Shown here one piece after another: positions 8,487 through 16,759 of a stretch of 64,000 nucleotides of DNA (positions are counted from its first letter, which is position 1; every line of letters starts with the position of its first letter). This stretch comes from Dehalococcoidales bacterium. GTDB taxonomy: Bacteria; Chloroflexota; Dehalococcoidia; Dehalococcoidales; BS750m-G39. Below the pieces are notes generated by a model. It searched no databases, was not told where the DNA came from, and saw only the letters and a list, made by a program, of their open reading frames with translations. The translations under genes and the position numbers were made by a program. Location: the NCBI GenBank assembly GCA_034419075.1, contig DAOULR010000025.1, positions 9,065 through 73,064 of the forward strand, given 5' to 3'.

Positions 8487-9683
8487 TTATGTCATATACT
8501 GACTATTAATAGTGACATATTCGGGGGATAAGTCGCAACCCCAGGCGGTGGCGCTGCCCGAGCCGAGGTTGAGGTTAGCGCTTAAAAGCACTTCCTTACC
8601 CTTGAGCAGCTCGATGACCGCCGCCTTATCGAAAGATAGGGGTTTACCCGCTCTTACCACCGCTATTTTGCCGATAGCCAGGTCGAACTTTGATTCTTTG
8701 ACCTCGGCCCCGCTCCGCCCCAACGCCGCCATGATGCGCCCCCAGTTGGGGTCGGCGCCATAGACCGCCGCCTTGACCAGGGAGGAGCCGACCACCGCTT
8801 TGGCTGCCGTCCTTGCCTGAGATAGGTCAACAGCGCCAGCCACCGTCATTTCGACGAGCTTGGTCGCCCCTTCGCCGTCGCTGGCCAGGCGCCTGGCCAG
8901 GTGGATGCAGAGTTTTTCCAGTGCCGACTCGAAAGCATCGGAAGAAACAGCGCCCGCCAGCCCGTTAGCCATTACCAGCACCATGTCATTGGGGCTGGTA
9001 TCGCCATCCACCGAAATCATGTTGAACGAGGCGTCTACCGCCTTCTTTAACGCCTTATTAAGAAAGTCTTTTTCGACGGCGGCGTCGGTGGTGATAAAAC
9101 AGAGCAGGGTGGCCAGGTTGGGGTGAATCATACCCGAGCCCTTGGCGGCGCCGCCGATGGTGAACCCAGCTTTGCCCGCCTTGACCCTGACTGCCGCCTC
9201 CTTGGGGAAGCTATCGGTGGTCATTATGGCTCTGGCCAGCTGGCCGCCGCCGTCGCGGGCCAGGACAATATCATCGACGCCCGCCCTTATCTTCTCCATG
9301 GGCAGGGGCACGCCGATGACCCCCGTGCTGGCGACCAGGATGTCTTCGGGGTCGACACCGATGCCCTGGCTAACCAGCTTCGCCGTCTCAGCGGCATCGA
9401 TAAGTCCCTGCTCGCCGACATAGGCGTTGGCGCAGCCGCTGTTGACCACCACGGCGCCAATCTCTTGCTTACTCTTAAGCCGCTTTTGGGAGAGGAGGAC
9501 GGGGGCGGCCTTAAGCTTACTGGTGGTAAAGAGCGCCGCCGCCAGGCAGGGTGCCTCGGAAAAGAGAACGGCCAGGTCTAATTTATCGGCGGCTCGCTTG
9601 TTTATTCCCGCGCTGGCGGCGCCAGCAAAAAAACCTTCGGGCGATGTAACCGTGCCATGAGGCAGGAACTCAATCTCAGCCAT
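8487..9683 (-). CDS. argJ: Bifunctional ornithine acetyltransferase / N-acetylglutamate synthase
   Basis: 398 aa. ArgJ autoproteolysis-site context ATLLCFITTDA and the C-terminal end YVTINSQYMT. Confidence 0.9.
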   Translation of the reverse strand: MAEIEFLPHGTVTSPEGFFAGAASAGINKRAADKLDLAVLFSEAPCLAAALFTTSKLKAAPVLLSQKRLKSKQEIGAVVVNSGCANAYVGEQGLIDAAETAKLVSQGIGVDPEDILVASTGVIGVPLPMEKIRAGVDDIVLARDGGGQLARAIMTTDSFPKEAAVRVKAGKAGFTIGGAAKGSGMIHPNLATLLCFITTDAAVEKDFLNKALKKAVDASFNMISVDGDTSPNDMVLVMANGLAGAVSSDAFESALEKLCIHLARRLASDGEGATKLVEMTVAGAVDLSQARTAAKAVVGSSLVKAAVYGADPNWGRIMAALGRSGAEVKESKFDLAIGKIAVVRAGKPLSFDKAAVIELLKGKEVLLSANLNLGSGSATAWGCDLSPEYVTINSQYMT

Positions 9684-9690
9684 AGTCCAA

Positions 9691-9719
9691 ACTATACCAC
9701 ACTACCTATGGGCAGGCAA
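9691..9719 (-). promoter_or_regulatory. Candidate promoter of the arg operon, possibly giving a leaderless argJ mRNA
   Basis: On the minus strand: TTGCCT (9719-9714), 17 nt spacer, TATAGT (9696-9691), then only 7 nt (ttggact) before the argJ ATG at 9683. No SD is visible. Confidence 0.35.
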
Positions 9720-9764
9720 TGTAGTATAATGTAAAAATCACCAAAGAATCAGGGGGATAAAGAC

Positions 9765-10328
9765 GTGGAAACCAAGACGGTCTATTTTGAAAAACTGGGA
9801 ACTGAGAACACCAAAGAGACGCTCAAGCTCGCCAAGAAGCGGGCGGAGGAGCTGGGCATAAAGACGATAGTAGTCGCCTCGACGGTGGGCGATACCGCCG
9901 TCAGGGCTATGGATGTTTTTAAGGGATTTAAGGTTATCGTAGTGACGCATGTTGCCGGCATGCGCCAGCCCGACACCCAGGAGTTTGCCGAGGAGAATAA
10001 GAAAATAGTCGAGGACAAGGGGGGCATTGTCCTCACCACTACTCACGCCCTGGGGGGCTTGAGCAAGGCCATGCGCAATCGGTACAACACCTTTGTTTTA
10101 GGCGAGGTAATCGCCGACACCCTGCGCATCTTCGGGCAGGGAATCAAGGTGGTTTGCGAGATAGCCGCCATGGCCGCCGACGCGGGATTAGTGCGCACCG
10201 ACGAGGATATTATCGCCATCGCTGGCAGCGGGCGGGGTGCCGACACCGCCGTGGTGATGAAGCCAGCCAACACCCACAACTTTTTTGACCTTAAGGTGAG
10301 GGAGATTCTTTGTAAGCCGCGCCTGTAG
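9765..10328 (+). CDS. Pyruvate kinase alpha/beta (C-terminal) domain-like protein
   Basis: 187 aa, GTG start after AGGGGGA. YFEKLGTENTKETLKLAKKRAEELGIKTIVVASTVGDTA resembles the stand-alone PK_C domain family seen in archaea and anaerobes. Recognition from memory only. Confidence 0.6.
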   Translation: METKTVYFEKLGTENTKETLKLAKKRAEELGIKTIVVASTVGDTAVRAMDVFKGFKVIVVTHVAGMRQPDTQEFAEENKKIVEDKGGIVLTTTHALGGLSKAMRNRYNTFVLGEVIADTLRIFGQGIKVVCEIAAMAADAGLVRTDEDIIAIAGSGRGADTAVVMKPANTHNFFDLKVREILCKPRL

Positions 10329-10329
10329 G

Positions 10330-10725
10330 TCAGCTACAAAAGGCGTCCCAGACCGTCCAGTAATGGGCATTCTGGCCATCTGCCGTAGCCACTATGCCCA
10401 CCATGGCGAAGCAGTTGGAGTTACAGCCCACGTCGGGCTTGCTACTGGGCAGGTTGGTGAGCTGCTTCTCCTTAAACAGCGGGCCGGAGGCGGTAACGCG
10501 AACGCGGAACACTCCCGCCAGATTAGGCGTTTGCAGAATCTTCTCTGGCTCGTCCGAGCTGATGAAGTCGGACCAGTTGCCGTTCTTCTGTTCCAGCTTT
10601 ACCATCCACTTGGTGACGTACTTCTCCGTTTCGTGCTGCGGTGACACATACGCCCAGAACTGAGCGCCGCCGCCGCCCTTGAACCTGGCCTTCATTTCCT
10701 TGGTGTCGTTCGACGGTAGACTCAT
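10330..10725 (-). CDS. Hypothetical protein (131 aa), no family recognised
   Basis: Clean ORF in a lower-GC patch, divergent from the Cys-rich gene. No signal peptide or TM segment is evident. Confidence 0.55.
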   Translation of the reverse strand: MSLPSNDTKEMKARFKGGGGAQFWAYVSPQHETEKYVTKWMVKLEQKNGNWSDFISSDEPEKILQTPNLAGVFRVRVTASGPLFKEKQLTNLPSSKPDVGCNSNCFAMVGIVATADGQNAHYWTVWDAFCS

Positions 10726-10911
10726 TCAACCCCCTTATTCTCTCCAACGGAACTATGCCCAGAATATATCTCATAGATAGCCAGTTGTCAATAGATATAC
10801 TACCTATTTGACAGATGGGGCTGGCGAGAGCCATGTGGACAGCCATAGCCATAAAAGTTGACAGGTGGGTTTATAATGTAGGTGCGACTTAAGCAGAGAG
10901 GAGGTATTGTT

Positions 10912-11343
10912 ATGGCCTATTACTCAAAGTTAGTGGGGAAAATCTACCACGAGTGCCGAAACTGCACAGTCGGTAAGAACATTGAGGCTGAGAATCTGGC
11001 TACAGGTAAACCACCGCCATTCAAGGAGCGCGATGGTAAAATCAAAGATCCTAGATTATGCAAGGTTTGCAGGGGACTATATGATAACAATAAATGCTCT
11101 CCTGGTGTCCCCATACCCGCTAAAGTGCAAAAGAAGACGGAGATTTCGCCCTATTACTCGAACGCAGAACTCAAACCCAAGATATATCACCTTTGCCCGA
11201 ACTGCTACCTCGGCAACAACATTGAGGAGTTGAATCTGAGTAATGGGAGACCTCAGGGAGCCGAGTTGTGCCAGAACTGTGCCAGACTTCGTAATAAAGG
11301 TAAATGCGTTTCCGGCGACATGATACCAGCCCAATTCAAATAG
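10912..11343 (+). CDS. Cys-rich protein made of two tandem zinc-ribbon-like repeats
   Basis: ATG at 10912 follows AGAGGAGG (the track ORF starts at 10882). Repeat 1 is YYSKLVGKIYHECRNC..GKNIEAENL..G..LCKVCRGL..NKCSPGVPIPA. Repeat 2 is YYSNAELKPKIYHLCPNC..GNNIEELNL..G..LCQNCARL..GKCVSGDMIPA. One counted 60-nt line is 35% GC. Confidence 0.65.
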   Translation: MAYYSKLVGKIYHECRNCTVGKNIEAENLATGKPPPFKERDGKIKDPRLCKVCRGLYDNNKCSPGVPIPAKVQKKTEISPYYSNAELKPKIYHLCPNCYLGNNIEELNLSNGRPQGAELCQNCARLRNKGKCVSGDMIPAQFK

Positions 11344-11373
11344 CTGAATCTTGACTAGCTTCCCCTCCCCCAC

Positions 11374-11979
11374 TTAAAAGGTGTGCGTCCCGTAGGCGAT
11401 GTGGGGCGTCATAAACTCGGGCGGGTACTCAAAACTTTGCTTCGCCATCTGTACCATCTGCCGCCCCAGGTCGTGTGCCGCTTGCCTACCCTTCTTCAGC
11501 TTATTGACATCCCCTCTAGCCCCACCGTAAGCGGCCACATAGTCGGCCGGAATGATGTGCTGGGTGACGAAATAGAAATAGATGTCTTTGAGGGCATCAA
11601 CGAGCCCGAGGCTGCCGCCGACGACGACAACACCCCCTATCTTATTAGCCAGGTTCCTGTCAGGGTGACTCACCGGCATGCTGCGGTCAATGACCGTCTT
11701 GGCCTGAGCGGTCATGGCATAGTAGTATATCGGCGTGCCCAAGATGATGCCGTCGGCGGCCAAAAGCTTTTCGTATAATTCCTGCATATCGTCCTTGATG
11801 TGGCACTGGCCTTCTTTCATACAGGTCCAGCAGCCGTCGCAGGGCTGGATATTCTTACCCGATACCCGGTAAAGCTCAACCTCGGCGCCGTCGGCTTTGG
11901 CCCCATCAAGCGCCTCATTAAGCATAATCTCGGTGTTGCCCTTCTTGCGGGGGCTGCAGGAAACAGCTAAAATCTTCAT
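11374..11979 (-). CDS. Iron-sulfur flavoprotein / NADPH-dependent FMN reductase family
   Basis: 201 aa. MKILAVSCSPRKKGNT flavodoxin-like start. CDGCWTCMKEGQC equals the CX2CX2CX5C compact 4Fe-4S motif of Isf-type proteins. Confidence 0.8.
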   Translation of the reverse strand: MKILAVSCSPRKKGNTEIMLNEALDGAKADGAEVELYRVSGKNIQPCDGCWTCMKEGQCHIKDDMQELYEKLLAADGIILGTPIYYYAMTAQAKTVIDRSMPVSHPDRNLANKIGGVVVVGGSLGLVDALKDIYFYFVTQHIIPADYVAAYGGARGDVNKLKKGRQAAHDLGRQMVQMAKQSFEYPPEFMTPHIAYGTHTF

Positions 11980-11997
11980 CTCTTTTCCTTTCTTTAG

Positions 11998-14556
11998 TTA
12001 CCCCTCCTTTGCCTTCTTCTGCAGCTCGTAGAGCTTGTTCAGGGCTTCGAGGGGAGTCATTGAGTTAATGTCCAGCTTCTCTAATTCGTCAAAGAGGGGT
12101 GAACTTGGCCCCAAAAGTGGCAGCTGTTGGGCGGCGGCTTCCTTTCGGCGTCGTTTGGCGGTAGCCTGCTTGCTGCCGTCTTCAAGGTCGGTCAGGACCT
12201 CCTGGGCGCGGTGCACCACCGAGCGGGGTAGGCCAGCTAATTTAGCCACGTGAATGCCGTAGCTCTTATCAACGCCACCAGGGACGATTCTATAGAGGAA
12301 GATGACCTCGCCCTTGTCCTCGGCGACGGCGATGTTGAAGTTCTTGACGCGGGGCAGGAAGTTGGCCAGCTCGACCAGCTCGTGGTAATGGGTGGCGAAG
12401 AGCGTCTTGGCGCCCAGCTTGGGGTAGGAGTGGATGTACTCGGCGACGGCGCGGGCGATGGAAAGCCCGTCGTAGGTGGAAGTACCGCGCCCAATTTCGT
12501 CGAGGATAATGAGGGAGCGGGGGGTAGCGTTGTTCAGGATGTTGGCCGTCTCCACCATCTCCACCATAAATGTGGACTGCCCCGCGGGCAGGTCTTCGCG
12601 GGCGCCGATGCGGGTAAAGATTCTATCAACCAGACCGATGGTGGCGGCAGTAGCGGGGACGAAGCTGCCGATTTGGGCCAGCAGCACGATTAGGGCCACC
12701 TGGCGCAGATAGGTGGACTTGCCCGACATATTGGGGCCGGTGAGGACGATAAGCTGGGCGTCGTCATTAGATAACAGGGTATCGTTGGGCACGAAGCTGC
12801 CCTCGACCAGAGTCCTCTCGACGACGGGGTGGCGACCTCCGGAGATGTCTATGGTGTTTTCAACGGTGAGAATGGGGCGGACATAGCTGTAGCGGACGGC
12901 GACCTCGGCCAGGGCAGAAAAGGCATCGATAGCGGCTAAAGCACTGGCCGAACTAGATATGGCTTCAGCGGAGGCAGCCACCTGCTGGCAAACTTGGCGG
13001 AAGATCTGCCTCTCCAGCTCCGAAATCCTATCCTGGGCGTTCAGGATTAAAGATTCGTACTCTTTGAGTTCGGGGGTGAAGAAGCGCTCGCCGCCGACCA
13101 GCGTCTGCTTGCGAATATATTCCTGGGGAACCTGAGACAGGTTGGGCTTGGAGACCTCGATATAGTAGCCGAAAACCTTGTTGAAGCCGACCTTTAGTGA
13201 CTTGATGCCTGTCTTTTCCCGCTCGGTGCGCTCCAAGTCGGCCAGATACTGCTTGGCGTTTTTGGAGGACATGCGCAGCTTATCCAGTTCTTCGGAGAAG
13301 CCCTGTCTGATGACCCCGCCCTCCTCCAAGCTGCCCGGTGATTCTACTATGGCCTGAGAGATTAGCTCGACCACCTCAGTGCAGGGCTTTAGCTCTTTTT
13401 TGAGCCAGTCTGTTGGCGCCAGTGCCTTCTGCAGATCGGGGACAACCTCAAGGCTGCGGCGTAGGGCAATCAGCTCCCGGGGAACAGCGATGCCGCTTTT
13501 GATGCGGTTAATCAGGCGCTCGATATCGGCGACATCACCGAGCAGAGATACGGTCTGGCTGCGCGGCAGTGTGTTTTCGGCGAACCAGGCGATGGCATCC
13601 TGCCTCCTGTTTAGCTCTTTTATGTCAAGCAGGGGCTGCCCCAACCAGCGCCGTAAAAGCCTGCCCCCCATGGCCGTTTTGGTAAGGTCTATTATGGAAA
13701 GTAATGAGCCCGCGGTAGTGCCCGAACGGCTGCTGGTAAAAAGCTCCAGGTTCCTCTGGGTCTGAACGTCGAGCGCCATAAAATTGTCGGTGGCATAGGT
13801 GGTGAGGCGGCTCAACTGCCCCAGCACCCCCTTTTGCGTTTCCTGAATATAGTGGATGACAGCGCCCGCAGCGCTTATCGCCAGGGGCAAATGAGCACAG
13901 CCATAGCCGTCCAAAGTAGCCGCGCCGAAGTGGTCAAGTATTGTTTTACGGGCGACCCCAGTCTCGAACCAGTAGTCTTCGAGGCGGGTCAGCGAGGCTT
14001 TTAGATTCAGCTCGGGCAGCTCGGCGCTCTCAGCGACAATGACTTCCGAGGGCTTTAGCCTTTCCAGCTCAGGGATAAGGCGATGGGGGAGAAGCTGGGC
14101 AGTGGCAAACTCGCTGGTGGTGATATCGACGTAGGCGATGCCCACCCCCTCCCCTCCCCAGACCAGGGCGACCAGGTAGTTGTTGGACTTGCTGTCGAGC
14201 AGGCTGGGCTCGACCACCGTGCCCGGGGTCACCAGGCGGACGACCTCGCGCTGCACCAGGCCCCTGGTTTCACCGGGCTTGGTCACCTGCTCGCAGATGG
14301 CGACCTTATAGCCGCGGCTGATGAGCCGGGCCAGGTAGTTGTCCAGGGCGTGATAGGGTATGCCGGCCATGGGCACCCTGTAGCCCTTGCCCATCCCCCT
14401 TGAGGTAAGGACGATTTCCAGCTCGCGGGAAGCCAGCTTGGCGTCTTCGTCGAAGGTCTCGTAGAAATCGCCCAGGCGGAAGAGCACAATAGCCTGGGGG
14501 TACTGCTGTTTGATTCTGAGGTACTGGCGGCGGATGGGAGTGGAAGCCTCTTTCAT
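11998..14556 (-). CDS. mutS: DNA mismatch repair protein MutS
   Basis: TPIRRQYLRIKQQYP..LFRLGDFYETF N-terminus and Walker A GPNMSGKST. The track ORF extends to 14586; the ATG at 14556 (MKEASTP) is the likely start. Confidence 0.95.
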   Translation of the reverse strand: MKEASTPIRRQYLRIKQQYPQAIVLFRLGDFYETFDEDAKLASRELEIVLTSRGMGKGYRVPMAGIPYHALDNYLARLISRGYKVAICEQVTKPGETRGLVQREVVRLVTPGTVVEPSLLDSKSNNYLVALVWGGEGVGIAYVDITTSEFATAQLLPHRLIPELERLKPSEVIVAESAELPELNLKASLTRLEDYWFETGVARKTILDHFGAATLDGYGCAHLPLAISAAGAVIHYIQETQKGVLGQLSRLTTYATDNFMALDVQTQRNLELFTSSRSGTTAGSLLSIIDLTKTAMGGRLLRRWLGQPLLDIKELNRRQDAIAWFAENTLPRSQTVSLLGDVADIERLINRIKSGIAVPRELIALRRSLEVVPDLQKALAPTDWLKKELKPCTEVVELISQAIVESPGSLEEGGVIRQGFSEELDKLRMSSKNAKQYLADLERTEREKTGIKSLKVGFNKVFGYYIEVSKPNLSQVPQEYIRKQTLVGGERFFTPELKEYESLILNAQDRISELERQIFRQVCQQVAASAEAISSSASALAAIDAFSALAEVAVRYSYVRPILTVENTIDISGGRHPVVERTLVEGSFVPNDTLLSNDDAQLIVLTGPNMSGKSTYLRQVALIVLLAQIGSFVPATAATIGLVDRIFTRIGAREDLPAGQSTFMVEMVETANILNNATPRSLIILDEIGRGTSTYDGLSIARAVAEYIHSYPKLGAKTLFATHYHELVELANFLPRVKNFNIAVAEDKGEVIFLYRIVPGGVDKSYGIHVAKLAGLPRSVVHRAQEVLTDLEDGSKQATAKRRRKEAAAQQLPLLGPSSPLFDELEKLDINSMTPLEALNKLYELQKKAKEG

Positions 14557-14597
14557 ATAGGTTATTCTACTAGAATTCGGACTCAAAAAGAAGGGGG

Positions 14598-14697
14598 GAT
14601 TCTTCAGTCGCTACGCTCCTTCAGAATGACACTTTTAGTCCACCCTGAGCACCTTTCTGTCACCCTGAGTCCTTCGGCAGAAGGACGAAGGGTCTCT
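14598..14697. repeat. Hairpin repeat family A, composite copy
   Basis: gattcttcagtcgctacgctccttcagaatgacac (inverted AT-type unit), a partial ccaccctgagc, then gtcaccctgagtccttcggcagaaggacgaagggtctc, a unit whose enlarged loop forms its own TCCTTC/GAAGGA stem. Confidence 0.75.
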
Positions 14698-14729
14698 AAG
14701 TGGGGACGGGCGTATCCCCCCATAACCCC

Positions 14730-15209
14730 CTATCGGAAAACCGACGGCAGCATGTACTGCACGAAGCCCAACCAGGAATCCAGCCAGTTTATGACGGCGG
14801 AGCCGCTCACCGCCCGTTGCAGCCAGTCGAAGATGGGGTAGGCGTTAAGCACTAGGGCGAACAGCACCATGCCGATGCCGGTGTTAATGAAAGCGAGGGC
14901 GGCACCAACCATACGGAAGAGGGGGCCCTCGTTCCAGGCCTTCTCGAAGTGTCTCTTCGGTACCAGAAAGATGAAGTAGAGGGCGACCATGATGATAGCC
15001 ATGGTGATGAAGAAACCGAGGAAGTGCTCCCAGTTAGTTCCGGGGATGAAGGAGAGCAGGGTCGAAATCCACTGGTAGCAGAGGCCGGTGAGGGGTATGG
15101 CGATAAGTAGAGAGATGATGGAGACGCCCTGCTTGAGCGCTCCGTCCCGGAAGCCTCCGATAAGGCTGAAGAAGAGTAGGATGGCGGCGATGATGCTGAC
15201 TATTACCAT
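14730..15209 (-). CDS. CvpA family membrane protein
   Basis: 159 aa with four predicted TM helices. The start IIAAILLFFSLIGGFRDGALKQ resembles CvpA/colicin V production family proteins. Confidence 0.7.
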   Translation of the reverse strand: MVIVSIIAAILLFFSLIGGFRDGALKQGVSIISLLIAIPLTGLCYQWISTLLSFIPGTNWEHFLGFFITMAIIMVALYFIFLVPKRHFEKAWNEGPLFRMVGAALAFINTGIGMVLFALVLNAYPIFDWLQRAVSGSAVINWLDSWLGFVQYMLPSVFR

Positions 15210-15218
15210 GTGACCTCC

Positions 15219-16190
15219 TTATACCAGTCCCTTTTTGCGGAAATAGTGGATATAACCGCTGACATTGCTCATAAGCTCGTATTCGTCGAGGGTAGCCTGG
15301 AAATGCTCGGTGAGGTATTCGCCGATATTGCTGATGATTGTTTCGTCGTTTTTGCCCGCTTTCAGGTCGCTTAAGATTAAATCGCCGACCAGTTTGGAGT
15401 TTTTCATGGCCGTCTCGATGAGCTTTGCCGGCTCCTGAGCGACGGTGCCGTGGGAGTAGAAGAGGAGTTTGGGCCTGAGCGCTTTCAGGTTCTCCATGTC
15501 TTTTAGGTAAAGCTCCAGGTCGAAGCTGGGCGGTGCCACGGCGGGGAGGGGGGGATAGCCCGGGCCGTAGATAAGCCCCAGCGATTCTCCGCAGAAAAGC
15601 CCCTTCGTTTTGGTGTCGAAGATGGCGATGTGGTGGGCGGCATGGCCGGGGGTATGGATAATGAGCAATTCGCGCCCGCCCAGTTTTAGTTTATCGCCGT
15701 CCCGCACCAGCCTTAAGCGCGATTCGGGCAATGGCAAAATAGAGCCGTAGGTTTTCTCGAAGTCGTCGCCGAAAGCCATCCTGGTGCTCTTTATTAAGCG
15801 CGAAGGCTCGACCATGTGCTTTGCCCCCTGGCGGTTGAGCACTATCTGGGCATCGGGAAAGATTTCGGCCAGCCTGCCCAGAGCGCCGGCGTGGTCGAGG
15901 TGGATGTGGGTGGGGATTATATATTCGGGCTTTGATATCCCAAGCTCTTTGGCGGCTTTCTGTATATCGGGGACGAGCACGGCGGGGCCGGGCTCAATGA
16001 TGGCGCCGCCGCCGTCCTTGATGAAATAGATGGCGAAGGGGGCGTCAATACCGCTAATCCGCCCCTCAAGGCGGTAGGTATCTTCGGCAAGTCTCTCAAG
16101 TTTAGCCACAATTAGGGTTAATTTTACTAAAAATCGGGGGAGAAGGGAAATTTTGGGGGTATTGACAGCCGGTAAGCAGGGGGTTAACAT
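15219..16190 (-). CDS. MBL-fold metallo-hydrolase
   Basis: HIHLDHAG (HxHxDH) zinc motif and a later HTPGH. The start is uncertain: the first 27 codons look like a GC-driven extension, and an in-frame GTG at 16109 (VAKLERLAEDTYRL) is an alternative. Confidence 0.8.
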   Translation of the reverse strand: MLTPCLPAVNTPKISLLPRFLVKLTLIVAKLERLAEDTYRLEGRISGIDAPFAIYFIKDGGGAIIEPGPAVLVPDIQKAAKELGISKPEYIIPTHIHLDHAGALGRLAEIFPDAQIVLNRQGAKHMVEPSRLIKSTRMAFGDDFEKTYGSILPLPESRLRLVRDGDKLKLGGRELLIIHTPGHAAHHIAIFDTKTKGLFCGESLGLIYGPGYPPLPAVAPPSFDLELYLKDMENLKALRPKLLFYSHGTVAQEPAKLIETAMKNSKLVGDLILSDLKAGKNDETIISNIGEYLTEHFQATLDEYELMSNVSGYIHYFRKKGLV

Positions 16191-16217
16191 AGCCGCACCA
16201 GTTGAAGCAGGGGGTGG

Positions 16218-16610
16218 ATGATGAAAAGGAAACTATTAATCGGGGTAATCGTTTTAGTCGGGATAGCGGCGGCGTTTGCCCTGATTATGCTAACTACGGG
16301 CGCCGCCATAGCGGCCTGGATATACCTGGTATGGCAGGTCGCCAAAAAGAGAACCAAAATATTCCATAAACAGATGGAGCCAAAGTTGGTCAAAAAACGC
16401 TACAAGATGCTGAAAACATCCCTGTGGGTAGCGGCTATAGCCTTCGCCCTGGGTGTAGCTGGTTTTGTCGCGCACAATGCACTATACGGTCTGACCGAAA
16501 TGGAGGAGCCCGTCTCTTTCATCATCGCGCTGGTGGCTTTATGGCTGTTTATTCTGGCAACTGGCGGCGGCCTGTTTATATATATCTTAGGACAACGAAA
16601 ACCAGCCTGA
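16218..16610 (+). CDS. Hypothetical membrane protein (about 4 TM)
   Basis: 130 aa. Hydrophobic helices separated by a Lys-rich loop (KKRTKIFHKQMEPKLVKKRYK). No family recognised. Confidence 0.55.
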   Translation: MMKRKLLIGVIVLVGIAAAFALIMLTTGAAIAAWIYLVWQVAKKRTKIFHKQMEPKLVKKRYKMLKTSLWVAAIAFALGVAGFVAHNALYGLTEMEEPVSFIIALVALWLFILATGGGLFIYILGQRKPA

Positions 16611-16616
16611 AGCGCT

Positions 16617-16727
16617 ACCCCACCCCGTTTTAATCTTTTCCCACCCGCCACCCTTTTAAGGTAAAGAGGGGCTTCGCCCCTCTTAAACTCCCCCAAATGG
16701 GGGGATTTTTTGTTTGGGGGGGGGTAT
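16617..16727. repeat. Structured intergenic repeat family B (partial, inverted copy)
   Basis: cccacccgccacccttttaaggtaaagaggggcttcgcccctctt matches the reverse complement of 41641-41690. Also contains a CCCCC-aaat-GGGGG hairpin plus T-run and ends in a G9 tract (16716-16724) abutting TATAAT. Confidence 0.7.
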
Positions 16728-16759
16728 AATACCGCTTTCTGTGGTGGTAGAATATAAAT

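Noticed and set aside
10330-10725. Possible resemblance of the 131-aa protein (VGCNSNCFAMVGIVATADG) to the PA-IL/LecA lectin segment (CHDAFCGALVMKIG).
   Set aside because: It is only a short, loosely similar stretch with different Cys spacing. I cannot align the rest from memory, so the gene is left as hypothetical.
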